DNA of 64,000 nucleotides, taken from Verrucomicrobiota bacterium. GTDB taxonomy: Bacteria > Verrucomicrobiota > Verrucomicrobiia > Limisphaerales > UBA9464. Numbering within the stretch: position 1 is the first letter of the stretch; the number at the start of each line of letters is the position of its first letter. The notes beneath the pieces are model-generated. The model did not search any database. It had not been told where the DNA came from and saw nothing but the letters and a program-made list of their open reading frames with translations. The translations under genes were made by a program, and so were the position numbers. Of the stretch, positions 25,817 through 35,900 are shown one piece after another. The stretch lies in the NCBI GenBank assembly GCA_025363585.1, contig JANYDN010000177.1, positions 7,749 to 71,748 on the forward strand, written 5' to 3'.

Positions 25817-26907
25817 AAACGATCGTCGCCTTCGGCGAAATCATGGGCCGGATCTCGATGCCCGGTTACCTCCGTTTCGCGCAGGCCATGCCGGGGCATG
25901 TCGACGTCGAGTTCGCCGGTGCCGAGGCGAACGTCGCGACGTCGCTCGCGTTGCTCGGCGCGCCGTCTGCGTTCGTCACGGCGTTGCCGACGAACGAACT
26001 GGCCGATGCGTGCGTGGCGAGCCTGCGGCGGCACGGCATCGACGTCCGGAACGTTCTCCGCGTGCCGTCCGGTCGGCTCGGACTCTATTTCCTGGAGAAG
26101 GGCGCGAACCAACGCGGCGGGAACGTTGTGTACGACCGCGAGGGAAGCTCGGTCTCGGTCACTCCTGCCGACGCGTACGACTGGAATGCGATCCTGCGCG
26201 ACGCCGGTTGGCTGCATCTCACGGGCATCACGACCGCGGTTTCGGAGACCGCGGCCGAGGCGAACCTCGCGGCCGCGCGGGCCGCGCGTCGCTTGTGCAT
26301 TCCGGTTTCGTGCGACCTCAATTTCCGCGCGAAACTCTGGAGATGGAACCCGGCGTTGGCGCCGCGCGCGTTGGCGATGGAACAAATGTCGCGCCTTCTT
26401 CCCGAGGTGACGCATCTGGTGGGCGGACGCGAGGACGCGGCGGAAATGCTCGGGATCCGTCCGCGGACGACGGCGCGCGCGGACGACGGTCCCGATCCCG
26501 AGGCGATGCTCGACGTCGCCCGCCAACTCCACACGCGGTTTCCCGCTTTGCAGGCGGTCGCCATCGCGTTGCGCGAGACGCGGTCGGCGTCGCATCACCG
26601 GTGGGCCGGATTCCTCTTCGAGACCGCGTCGGGGGAATTCCACGTGGCGCCGAGCGGGCCCGACGGAAACCTGGCGCCCTACGACATCACGCACATCGTG
26701 GATCGCGTCGGGGGCGGCGACGCGTTTTCCGCGGGATTGATTTTCGCGCTGAACACCCCGGAACTCCGCGATCCCGCGACGGCCTTGCGTTTCGCGACGG
26801 CGTCGTCCTGCCTGGCGCATTCGATCGAGGGCGACGCGAACCTGAGCACGCGCGCGGAGATCGAGATGTTGATGGGCGGAGGTCCGTCGGGCCGCGTCAG
26901 GCGGTGA
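25813..26907 (+). CDS. kdgK: 2-dehydro-3-deoxygluconokinase (PfkB family)
   Basis: MKTIVAFGEIMGRISMPG...FAGAEANVATSLALLG, WLHLTGITTAVS, DRVGGGDAFSAGLIFAL. ATGA overlap with the eda stop. Confidence 0.85.
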   Translation: MKTIVAFGEIMGRISMPGYLRFAQAMPGHVDVEFAGAEANVATSLALLGAPSAFVTALPTNELADACVASLRRHGIDVRNVLRVPSGRLGLYFLEKGANQRGGNVVYDREGSSVSVTPADAYDWNAILRDAGWLHLTGITTAVSETAAEANLAAARAARRLCIPVSCDLNFRAKLWRWNPALAPRALAMEQMSRLLPEVTHLVGGREDAAEMLGIRPRTTARADDGPDPEAMLDVARQLHTRFPALQAVAIALRETRSASHHRWAGFLFETASGEFHVAPSGPDGNLAPYDITHIVDRVGGGDAFSAGLIFALNTPELRDPATALRFATASSCLAHSIEGDANLSTRAEIEMLMGGGPSGRVRR

Positions 26908-26912
26908 GGGAC

Positions 26913-26990
26913 GGGGATTTTTACAAAAGGCAACGAAGGCACGGAAAAAGGCCGGCCGCTTGCTGGTCCGTCCTTCGTTTCCTTCTCCAA
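26913..26990 (+). repeat. Head+hairpin element (GGATTTTTACA head, CGAAGG-type arms)
   Basis: GGGGATTTTTACAAAAGGCAACGAAGGCACGGA ... TCCGTCCTTCGTTTCCTTCT (imperfect inverted arms). The same head occurs at 63362-63377 in the opposite orientation. Confidence 0.7.
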
Positions 26991-27027
26991 AAACATTCGG
27001 ATTCCGTGGACCGAAAACCACCGCCGA

Positions 27028-27100
27028 GTGGCACCAGGGCCGGTGCCACCCACCGTGGCTCAGCCCAGACCCGCGTGGGTGACGGCGGCCCTGCCGTCAC
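27028..27100 (+). repeat. Composite two-hairpin element (GTGGCACC-N6-GGTGCCAC + GTGACGGC-N6-GCCGTCAC)
   Basis: Hairpins at 27028-27049 and 27079-27100, joined by CCACCG...GCGTGG as in the 20698-20771 copy. Confidence 0.85.
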
Positions 27101-27148
27101 TGGAGCCATGCGAAGCCACGGGCCAGGCTTCTGGCACGGGCCCACCGC

Positions 27149-28921
27149 CTAGTCCCGGAACTTCGTGTGCGGCTTCCAGCCCGGCGGACGCGTCGAGTCC
27201 GATCGCGGTGCGGCGGCGGGGCGCGGGCCGGTCGAGGGTCGCCGGTCTTGGGAACGCGGCCCGTCCTGACGGAAACCACCGCCGCCACCCGGACGCGGAC
27301 CCGTGGGCGCGGGCCCACGGAACGGCGGACGTCCACCGGGAGCCGCGTCGTCGCGACGCATCGGCGCGCCACCGCGGGGCGCGGACCTGGAATCGACCGG
27401 ACGCGCGTCATGGGGCCGCGCCTGATTGTCCCGCGGACCGCGGAATTGCGGCCGGTTGTCGGGCGCGCCCGGCGACTGCCACCGCGGCCCGTCGGATGCG
27501 GGACGCCGATCGTCCGGACGGGGACCGCGGGCCGGCGGACGCGAATCCGAGTGGCGCGGGGGTTGGCCGGCGAACGGAGCGGGGCCGGGGCGGGCGGAAG
27601 GCCGTTGGAACTCCGGGCGGGCCGCGCGATCCCACGAGCCCTGCGGACGCTGCGGCGACTGCGGGCGCGGCGCGTGCGATTCGGAGGGCGACTCGCGTCG
27701 GCGCGGCGCGCCGGAATCGTGGCGCTCCTGGCGATGGCGGTCGGGTCGGCGCGAATCCTCGCGGCGCGGCGCGGTCTCCTCGACGGGCTTCGCGTCTGCG
27801 TCGAATCCCTCCGCCTTTTTGCGGACCAGACCGCGCCCGATGAATTTCTCCAGAGCCCGCACGTGCGCGCGGTCGTCGGGCGTGACGAGGCTGACGGCAT
27901 CGCCGACCGCGTGCGCCCTTCCGGTCCGGCCGATGCGATGGACGTAATCCTCCACGTGGATCGGGAAATCGAAGTTCACCACGTGCGAGATCGCGTCGAC
28001 ATCGATGCCGCGCGACGCGATGTCGGTGGCCACGAGCACGCGGACGAGTCCGGCCTTGAAGTCCTTCAACGCGCGCAGGCGTTGGTTTTGCGAGCGGTTC
28101 GAGTGGAGCGTCGCGGTGCGGACGCCGCTCTTCTCGAGTTGCTTCGCGATGCGGTCGGCCGAGTGCTTGGTCCGCGCGAAGGCGAGGACCATGTTCATCT
28201 TCGGATCCGAAAGGAGATGGACGAAGAGCGACATCTTGAGGTGGCGCGGCACCTCGTAGACGAACTGCGTCACGGTCTCGGCGGGATTCGAGCGGCGCCC
28301 GATCTGCACGATCTTCGGGCTTTGCTGGAACTTGTGGATCAATGCCTCGATCTCGCGCGAAAGGGTGGCCGAGAACATCAGCGTCTGGCGTTGGCGCGGC
28401 AGGACCTGGACGATGCGCTGGATGCTCGGTAGGAACCCCATGTCCAGCATGCGGTCCGCCTCGTCGAGCACGAGGAAACGGAGCGACGCGAAATCCGCGT
28501 GGCGCCGGCCCATCAGGTCGATGAGGCGTCCCGGCGTGGCGACGACGATGTCGACCCCGCCGCGGAGCGCGTCGATCTGGGGCTTCTCGGAAACGCCGCC
28601 GTAAACCAAGGCGATGCGCACCGGAAGGTGTTTCGCGTAGGCGCGGACGTTCTCGTCGATCTGGACCACGAGTTCGCGGGTCGGGGCGAGGATGAGGGCG
28701 GAGATGCCACGTCGGGCGCCGGGTGCGGACGCGAGTTTGGATAGGAGCGGCAGGGTGAACGCGGCGGTCTTGCCGGTGCCGGTCTGGGCGATCCCGACGA
28801 TGTCCTGGCCCGCGAGGATCGGGGGGATCGCGGCGGTCTGGATGGGCGTCGGCTCCGTGTAGCCAACCTCCTGGATGGCCTTGAGGATTCTGGAATCAAG
28901 GGCGAGCGAACTGAATGCCAT
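27149..28921 (-). CDS. DEAD-box ATP-dependent RNA helicase (RhlE-like) with a long R/P/G-rich C-terminal tail
   Basis: Start MAFSSLALDSRILKAIQEVGYTEPTPIQ (Q motif), AQTGTGKTAAF (motif I), VLDEADRMLD (DEAD), SAT, HRIGRTGRA. The last ~220 aa are low-complexity R/P/G/D/S. Confidence 0.9.
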   Translation of the reverse strand: MAFSSLALDSRILKAIQEVGYTEPTPIQTAAIPPILAGQDIVGIAQTGTGKTAAFTLPLLSKLASAPGARRGISALILAPTRELVVQIDENVRAYAKHLPVRIALVYGGVSEKPQIDALRGGVDIVVATPGRLIDLMGRRHADFASLRFLVLDEADRMLDMGFLPSIQRIVQVLPRQRQTLMFSATLSREIEALIHKFQQSPKIVQIGRRSNPAETVTQFVYEVPRHLKMSLFVHLLSDPKMNMVLAFARTKHSADRIAKQLEKSGVRTATLHSNRSQNQRLRALKDFKAGLVRVLVATDIASRGIDVDAISHVVNFDFPIHVEDYVHRIGRTGRAHAVGDAVSLVTPDDRAHVRALEKFIGRGLVRKKAEGFDADAKPVEETAPRREDSRRPDRHRQERHDSGAPRRRESPSESHAPRPQSPQRPQGSWDRAARPEFQRPSARPGPAPFAGQPPRHSDSRPPARGPRPDDRRPASDGPRWQSPGAPDNRPQFRGPRDNQARPHDARPVDSRSAPRGGAPMRRDDAAPGGRPPFRGPAPTGPRPGGGGGFRQDGPRSQDRRPSTGPRPAAAPRSDSTRPPGWKPHTKFRD

Positions 28922-28976
28922 CCGCACAGGGTACCGCTTTTCGGGCGCGAGGGAACCCAAGACATTGAAAAGAGAG

Positions 28977-29097
28977 GGCCGGAACCCGCGGGGGGATGCA
29001 GGGTCGTGCGCCGTGGTGCATAAGGGGAAACGAGTCAGGTTGGATTGAGCGCGGCACCGAGGCAGGCGCAGCAGGGACCCTGCGGCGGGTTCCGGCC
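28977..29097 (-). promoter_or_regulatory. Long-range stem in the putative 5-prime leader of the DEAD-box helicase gene
   Basis: GGCCGGAACCCG (28977-28988) pairs with CGGGTTCCGGCC (29086-29097). GCAGGGTC (28998-29005) pairs with GACCCTGC (29076-29083). Together they enclose about 70 nt, 56-176 nt upstream of the ATG. Confidence 0.35.
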
Positions 29098-29326
29098 GGT
29101 ATGGTTTCGCACGCCGCGGAAGCCGGACGACGGGCGATCTGCAAGGGAACAACTGGCTTCCACCCATTGCTACATCGGGCCGATCCCGAGGTTACGGAAG
29201 AATCCGCGCGTCCGACGGATGCGTCCCGCCCTGGGAGCGCCGACGCCCTTCCGGGTACGGGAGCAGGCCCCGCTTTTCCCCCCGGATTCGCATTGCCCCG
29301 TCCCCAACAATTTCTAGGCTCGGCAC

Positions 29327-30025
29327 ATGCTCTACACGCCCCGGGACCTCTTCGACTTGAACGAGACGGAGCACAAATCACTCTTCGAGGGCGTCGAATT
29401 TCCGTGGGACGTGCTCAAGCGGCTTTCCGACTACGTCCGCGAGAATGTCCGGCCGATCCAACGGCACCGCGCGGTGGGCCAGGTCTTCATCGGCAACGAG
29501 GTCTCCATCGGCGAGGGCACCATCGTCGAGCACGGCGCGATGATCGTCGGACCCGCCATCATCGGCGACAACTGCCACATCCGGCACAATGCCTTCATCC
29601 GCGAGAACGTGATCCTCGGCGACGGCTGCACGGTCGGCAACGCGTGCGAGCTCAAGAACACCCTGCTGTTCAACCGCGCCGCCGTCCCGCATTTCAATTA
29701 CGTCGGCGATTCCGTCCTCGGCCACAAAGCCCATCTGGGCGCCGGGGCCATCGTCTCCAACCTCAAGCTTCACGGGGACAACATCTGGATCGAGATGGAC
29801 GGGCGTTGCATCGACTCGGGCCTCCGCAAATTCGGCGCCCTCATCGGCGACTTCGCCGAGATCGGCTGCAATTCCGTCCTCAACCCGGGCTCCATCATCG
29901 GCCGCGGGGCCCTGGTCTATCCCGGCATCGCGTGGCGCGGCATCCTCCCCGACAACATGATCGCCAAAAGCCGCGCTCCCCAGGACGTCGCCGTGCGTCG
30001 TCCCCGCGGTCCCGTCACCGGCTGA
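29327..30025 (+). CDS. Left-handed beta-helix (hexapeptide-repeat) transferase, GlmU C-terminal-like
   Basis: Consecutive hexapeptide turns (IGNEVSIGEGTIVEHGAMIVGPAIIGDNCHIRHNAFIRENVILGDGCTVGNACELKN...). Confidence 0.75.
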   Translation: MLYTPRDLFDLNETEHKSLFEGVEFPWDVLKRLSDYVRENVRPIQRHRAVGQVFIGNEVSIGEGTIVEHGAMIVGPAIIGDNCHIRHNAFIRENVILGDGCTVGNACELKNTLLFNRAAVPHFNYVGDSVLGHKAHLGAGAIVSNLKLHGDNIWIEMDGRCIDSGLRKFGALIGDFAEIGCNSVLNPGSIIGRGALVYPGIAWRGILPDNMIAKSRAPQDVAVRRPRGPVTG

Positions 30026-30040
30026 GTCCCCTTTCCCGCC

Positions 30041-30955
30041 ATGTCCCGGTTTCCAACGCTGCCTGGTCTTGCCGCCCTCCTGCTCTGGGTCGTTCCCGCG
30101 ACCATGGCCCGCGCGGATCGGTTCCAGATCCATCGGGACGAAGCCTCCGTCGTGATCGTCGGACCCGAGGGCCGCGAGACGTTGCGGTACCAACTCCAGC
30201 GTCCCAAGGACTCGCCCTGCGCGTCGGAATCCGCGGGCTACTTCCATCCGCTCGCGACGCCGTCGGGACGCGTGGTGACGGACATCGGGCCGAAGGACCA
30301 TCCGCATCACCGCGGGGTTTTCCTGGGGTTCGTGGAGATGCACGGCGCGCGGGACGCGGATTTCTGGGGATGGGGCGAGCACGCGCCGCGGACGAACCGG
30401 GCGATCGTGAACCGGGCGGTGCGCAACCTGACGTCGACGGCGCACGGGGCGCGTTTCGTGGCGGAGAACGAATGGATGGCGGACGGAATGGTCCTGATGC
30501 GCGAGCGTTTGGACGCGCGGGTGACGCGCCAGGGAACGGCGAACATCCTCGACCTCGTGTACGTGCTCACGCCGACGGCGGACACGACGTTTTCGCGCTG
30601 GGCGTTCGGTGGTTTCGCGGTGCGGTTGCGCAAGGACGCCGCGCTCTCGCCGATCGGTCCCGACGGTGCCGCCGTGTTTCCCTCGCCGGTCCACACGAAT
30701 CCGGACGCGAACTGGCCGGCGAGCCCGTGGTACGCGTACCGGATGGCGTTTCCCGACAACGGCATCGCGTACGTGGGGGTGCGGTCGTCGGACCAAAACC
30801 CCGCGACGACCTGGCACAATGCCCTTTCGATCGCGCTGTTGAATCCCGCCGTCACCGCGCCGGCGGAATTGCGGATGAAGGCCTCGAAGCCGATCGAACT
30901 GCGGTACCGCGTCGTGGCGGCGGACGGCGAGTTGCCGCCGCATGTGCTGGATTGA
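30041..30955 (+). CDS. DUF6807 / PmoA-family protein, secreted
   Basis: Signal MSRFPTLPGLAALLLWVVPATMARA. GYFHPLATPSGRVVTDIGPKDHPHHRGVFLGF is the family hallmark as I recall it. This family is commonly near Gfo/Idh/MocA genes in PVC bacteria. Confidence 0.7.
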   Translation: MSRFPTLPGLAALLLWVVPATMARADRFQIHRDEASVVIVGPEGRETLRYQLQRPKDSPCASESAGYFHPLATPSGRVVTDIGPKDHPHHRGVFLGFVEMHGARDADFWGWGEHAPRTNRAIVNRAVRNLTSTAHGARFVAENEWMADGMVLMRERLDARVTRQGTANILDLVYVLTPTADTTFSRWAFGGFAVRLRKDAALSPIGPDGAAVFPSPVHTNPDANWPASPWYAYRMAFPDNGIAYVGVRSSDQNPATTWHNALSIALLNPAVTAPAELRMKASKPIELRYRVVAADGELPPHVLD

Positions 30956-30966
30956 GGGGCCAAGTA

Positions 30967-31015
30967 GTCAGTGGTCAGTGGTCAGTGGTCAGTGGTCAGT
31001 GGTCAGTGGTCAGTG
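30967..31015. repeat. Perfect heptanucleotide microsatellite (GTCAGTG)x7
   Basis: Counted directly: 49 nt, 7 identical units, starting 12 nt after the DUF6807 stop. Confidence 0.95.
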
Positions 31016-31035
31016 CGGATCGAGAAAGGAAAGAC

Positions 31036-31194
31036 GTGAGGGCCTTCAAGGTTCTGCTGCTGGCGGGCGCATGCATTGCCATTTCCGCGACGGTTTTGAG
31101 AAGCCCAAGCGACATGGCTTTGAAGTTCTGGCTTCCGCTCATGTGGGCGGTGTTTGCCGCGTTCGCGTGGAGGGTTTGGAAAACCTCGAAATAG
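31036..31194 (+). CDS. Possible small two-TM protein (52 aa)
   Basis: GTG start preceded by AAGGAAAG. VRAFKVLLLAGACIAISATVLRSPSDMALKFWLPLMWAVFAAFAWRVWKTSK. Locally lower GC. No homology recognised. Confidence 0.25.
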   Translation: MRAFKVLLLAGACIAISATVLRSPSDMALKFWLPLMWAVFAAFAWRVWKTSK

Positions 31195-31509
31195 GACACC
31201 AGCGCTGCGTGGCGTGGCGTACGCGTCCCACGTGTGGTCGTCGCGGGCTTCTCGCCTTCGCAAATCACTTCGAGACGCACCGGGACGGTGCTTTCCGCGG
31301 CGGGCCGCCGTGGGTGCGGCGTAGGGCGGGCGTCCTCGCCTGCACAAATCACGGGCGTCCTCGCCTTCGCCGGGCTTCGGCGGAGCAAGCCCGCCCGTGC
31401 CCCGCACCTCGCGGCGAGACGCACCGGGACGGTGCTTTGCGCGCAGCCGGCCTGCGCGCCGAAGCTCGGCGAAGGCGGGGGACCGCCGCTCCACCTCATG
31501 CCGCGGGCG

Positions 31510-32850
31510 CTACGCGACGTGCGCGTAGTCGTAGGGCGCGCGTTGCGCGCGGGCGAGCCAGCGGTTGGCCTCGGCGTCCCCGGTGAATTCCTCCCGCGCC
31601 GGATTCCATTTCAGCGGACGTCCCAACCGAAGCGCGATCGCCCCGATGTGGCAGACGCTCACGCTGCGGTGTCCGATGCCCACGTGGGCCACCGGATCGC
31701 GCCGCGACCGGATGCACCCGAAGAAATTCCCCATGTGGTTGTCGCTCGCCGCCAGGTTGACGGTCCGTCGCACGAGGGGTTCGCGGAGGATCTCCGGATC
31801 GCTGGCCTCGATCTTCAGGCGCGAGACGAAGATCCAGCCGTCGGTCCCGGTGAACTTCACGCCGTTGGCCATTTGTCCCGGCAACGGCGGCTCGGTGATC
31901 ACGTTGCCCGCGGGGCCCTCGGTCACGACGGTCTGGCAGGTGTGCGTCACGCCGTTGGCGTACGCGTATTCCACGCGGTACGTGGACGGGAACGAGAACC
32001 CGCCCGGGATCGGCGCCAGGAGCGCCTCGGCGTGCGTCGACACCGGACCGGAGTCCTCGAGTCCCATTCCCCAAAGCGCGATGTCGTTGTGGTGCGCGCC
32101 CCAGTCCGTGAGCGTCCCGGCACTGTAGTCCCACCAATAGCGGAAGGATCCGTGGCAACGCTGGGTCACGTAGTCGACCGTCGGCGTCTGTCCCTGCCAT
32201 CGGTCCCAATCGAGTCCCGCGGGAACGGGAGACGACGCGAATGGTCCGCCGTGTTGGCCCGACGGCAACGAGGTGAGCACGTGCCGGAGCCGGCCGATGC
32301 GCCCGTTGCGAACGAGCTCGCAGGCGAGGCGGAATCGTTTGTCGCTGCGTTGCTGGCTTCCGGTTTGCAGGACGCGTTTGCCGGCGCGCACCGCTTTCAC
32401 CAGGCGTTTGCCCTCGTCGATCGTGAGCGTCAGCGGCTTCTCGCTGTAGATGTCGAGACCCGCGCGGACCGCGGCGAGATTCACCAGCGTGTGCCAGTGG
32501 TCGGGCGTGCCGTTGATCACGACGTGCGTGCCCGGAGCGTGCATGGCCTCGCGGAAATCCGCGAACGTCCGCGCCTTCGGATACAACGACGCGGCCTTCG
32601 CCAGCCGCGTTTGGTCGAGATCGCAAAGCCCGACGACGTCCCCGAATTTCGCCGCGAGCGAAAGGTCGTGCGAACCCATCCCGCCGCAGCCGACCAGCAG
32701 GATTCCGGGACGATCGTTCGCGGAGAGCGGGGTCGTCGGCGCGGGACGATCGGCCGCCTCGGCCTCATGCCACGCGGGCAGGGCGGCGCCGGCGAGAATC
32801 ACGGCGGACGAACGCAGGAGCGCGCGGCGCGACAGGCGGGGAAAGTTCAT
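31510..32850 (-). CDS. Gfo/Idh/MocA family oxidoreductase with Tat signal
   Basis: MNFPRLSRRALLRSSAVILAGAALPA, GILLVGCGGMGSHDL, INGTPDHWHTLVNLAAVRAGLDIYSEKPL. Confidence 0.85.
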   Translation of the reverse strand: MNFPRLSRRALLRSSAVILAGAALPAWHEAEAADRPAPTTPLSANDRPGILLVGCGGMGSHDLSLAAKFGDVVGLCDLDQTRLAKAASLYPKARTFADFREAMHAPGTHVVINGTPDHWHTLVNLAAVRAGLDIYSEKPLTLTIDEGKRLVKAVRAGKRVLQTGSQQRSDKRFRLACELVRNGRIGRLRHVLTSLPSGQHGGPFASSPVPAGLDWDRWQGQTPTVDYVTQRCHGSFRYWWDYSAGTLTDWGAHHNDIALWGMGLEDSGPVSTHAEALLAPIPGGFSFPSTYRVEYAYANGVTHTCQTVVTEGPAGNVITEPPLPGQMANGVKFTGTDGWIFVSRLKIEASDPEILREPLVRRTVNLAASDNHMGNFFGCIRSRRDPVAHVGIGHRSVSVCHIGAIALRLGRPLKWNPAREEFTGDAEANRWLARAQRAPYDYAHVA

Positions 32851-32989
32851 GGACGAATCATGCCCAACGCCGGGGCCCTCGCGCAACGCCCGCGGGGGTG
32901 GGTGACGGCGGCCCTGCCGTCACCGGAGCAGGGTTTGTGTCAAGCCATGCACCCAAAGGTGACGGCAGGGCAGCCGTCACCCACGAAGG

Positions 32990-35900
32990 TTATTTCAACG
33001 TCCCGAGGAACTCGATGACGTCGCGCAATTCCTGGCGCGTGATCAATTGCCCGAGCCCGTCCGGCATCCCGCTCAGACCCTTCTCGCGGGTCTTCACGTC
33101 GCCTTTTTTCAGGTGGACCTCCCCGTCCTCGGGCGACAGCAGGACGATCTCCGCGTCGGTCTCCGATTTCACCACGCCCGCCAGTCCCTGGCCGTTGTTG
33201 AGCGTGATCATCGAGGTCTCGAATCCCGCCGCGACCTGCTTGTTCGGCAACACGACGGATTCCAGGAGATACTCGCGCGGTTGGCGCGTCGCGATGCCGA
33301 CGAGGGACGGGCCTGCGTTGCCGCCGCCGTCGGTGCCGATCTGGTGGCAACGCGTGCACGCGACGGACGCGTTCTCGTAGAAGATTTTCCGGCCGCGCGC
33401 GGCATCGCCGCCGGCGAGCGCCTCGCGGTACGGCGTCAATTCGTCCTTCGGCAATTTCCAATCCTGGTAGGTGGCCAACCGCGATTTCACCGCGTCGGAC
33501 GTTCGCTTTCCCGCGGCCTCGACGAGGTCGAGCATCACCTCGTTCGCGACCGCGCGGTTCATCAGCTTGTCGAGCCACTCGGCGAGGATGGCGTCCGCGG
33601 CCTCGCTCTTGAGATCGCCGAGCGAGGCGAACGCGGATTGCTGTTCGGCGAGCGTGCCCGACACCAGCGTCGCCGCGAGTTGTCCCGCGGCGTCGCCGGG
33701 ATTCAGGCGCGCGTTGATCCGGGACGCGACGAGGCGGAGCGTGTCGGCGGGATCTGCCGACGCGACCTTGAGAAGATCAGCCGTTTCCGCGGCGTTGACA
33801 TCGGCCAACGACTGCAGGGCGGCGGCCCGCGCGGGCACCGCGTTGTTCGTGTCGCGCACGACGCCGGCGAGCACCGGTCCGGAATTGGTCAAAGCGAGCC
33901 GTGCGGAGGCACCGATCGCCGCGATCGCCGCGGGCCCGCCGGCACGGGTCGCCGTCGCGTCGAGGACCGCGGGAAGGATCCCGGCCAACGCGTCGCGCGC
34001 CGGCAGCGGATCCCGCGCGGGCAACGGTCGGTACACGCCGACGACGTGGTCGCGCGCCGGCGGTTTGGCCCATTGCGACAGCGCGTTCAACGCGTCGGCG
34101 CGGATCGATTCGGGAAGGTCGGCGCGGGTGGCGAGCGTGGCGAGGCGGGCGGCGGATTCGGCATCGCCGACGCGGAAGTTGGCGTTCACCACGCGCAGCA
34201 ACATCGGGGAAAGCTGGTCGAGGGGCGCGTTGGTCCACGGCAACGGCTGCGCGGCGCGGAGGTCGCGGATCGTTCCCGCGGCGACCTCGTAGGCGCCGGT
34301 GTTGGTGGTCGCCAGCGCCGCGAACTGTTTCAGCAACGAGGGCAGGCGCGCGGCGTCGGCCATGTTGGCCAAGGCGGGAAGGGCGCCCGGGATCGGCGTG
34401 TCGTTGATCGCGCGCGCCGCTTCCAGGACGAGCCACGGATCGGGGTCGTCGAGCAACGCGCGCACCGACTCCGAGCCGGTCCGGCGAAGCGACAGCAACG
34501 CGGTGAGGCGCACGGATCGGTTGGTGCTGGCGGTCCACGCCGACAAGTCTTTCGCCGCGGGATGCCGCGACAACGCCGTCGCCGCGACCGAACGCCACAC
34601 CGGGTCGGCATCGACCGGATGCGACGAGACGGCCTCGCGCAACGCCGCGTCGAAGCCTTTCCAACCCGCGAGCCCCAGGGCTTCCGCGGCGGCCGCGCGT
34701 TGGCGTGGATTGCCGCCGGCCAGAAGCTCGCCCAGCGCCTCGTTGAGGAAGCGGTTCCACGGGGCGGAATGGTCCGGGTTCGCGAGGCGGGCGTCGCGGG
34801 CGCGGCTTTCGCCGGCCCACCAGGCGATCGCGCGCGCGGCCTGCACCGCGGTCTCGCCGTGTTCGGGACGGAGCACCGAAAGCAACGCGGGCCGCCATTG
34901 GGAGGAACGCCCTTCCATGCCCAGGCACCACACCGCGTGGATGCGCGCGAACTCGTTCGGTCCGTCCTGCGCCATGCGTCCGAGGCGCCGCTCGATGTCG
35001 GCCACGGGATACGCGCCGCCCTTGGCGCCGCGGTTCACGCGGAGGCGATTCGCCAATTCATACTGCGCGGCCAGGCGGACGCGCAGGTCGCGGTGCGCGA
35101 ACAGCCGCATCAATTCGTCCTCCGGCCGCGCGGCCATTCCCTCGTCGATCAACCGGCGCGTCTCGGCGATCACCGGGTCCTTGTTGTCGGGGAACGTCGC
35201 GCGGTAGATGCGGCCCTTGTTGCTCTTCGGCCAACCCTCGTGCCAATCGGCGAACCACAACGCGCCGTCGGGACCGATGTCCACGTCCGGCACCAGCGTG
35301 TTCCACAGGAACTCGTCGTGCGCGAACATCTCGTAGCCGCTGCCCGCGGGCCGGACCGCGATGGAGCCGATGCCACTCTTGGCGCTGGTGCCCTTGAAGT
35401 AGGCGAGGAAGAAGCGCTGGCGGCTGCGTTCGTCGAGGCCGGTGCCGTAGTCGTAGACCAACCCGCTCGGGCCGTCGCCGATGTTCGCCACGGGCGGGAG
35501 CAGGTAGGCCGCCTGTCCGTCGAACCGCGGCACCCAGAGGCGTTCCATGTTCCACGGACCCGCGTTGCCGAGCGGCGCGTGCTGGTAGCCGACGCGCCAT
35601 CCGCTGTCCGCGCCGTCGACGATCTGCACCCAGCGCTCGCGGTCGCCCTGGTCGGAATCGTTGTCCCCCGTGAACCAATCGCCGAGCTCGTTGAACGCGA
35701 GTTCCTGCGGGTTGCGCAGCCCGCGGTGCACGATCTCGAGACCGCTGCCATCCGGCTCGCACCGGAACACCGCGCCCTCGTCCGGGACGTCCACCACGGT
35801 TCCTTCCCGCGTGGCCACGTGCACGCCGCGGTCGCCGCACGAAAAATAAAGCCTTCCGTCGGGCCCGAATTTCAGCCCGTGCAGGTCGTGTCCCGTGAAG

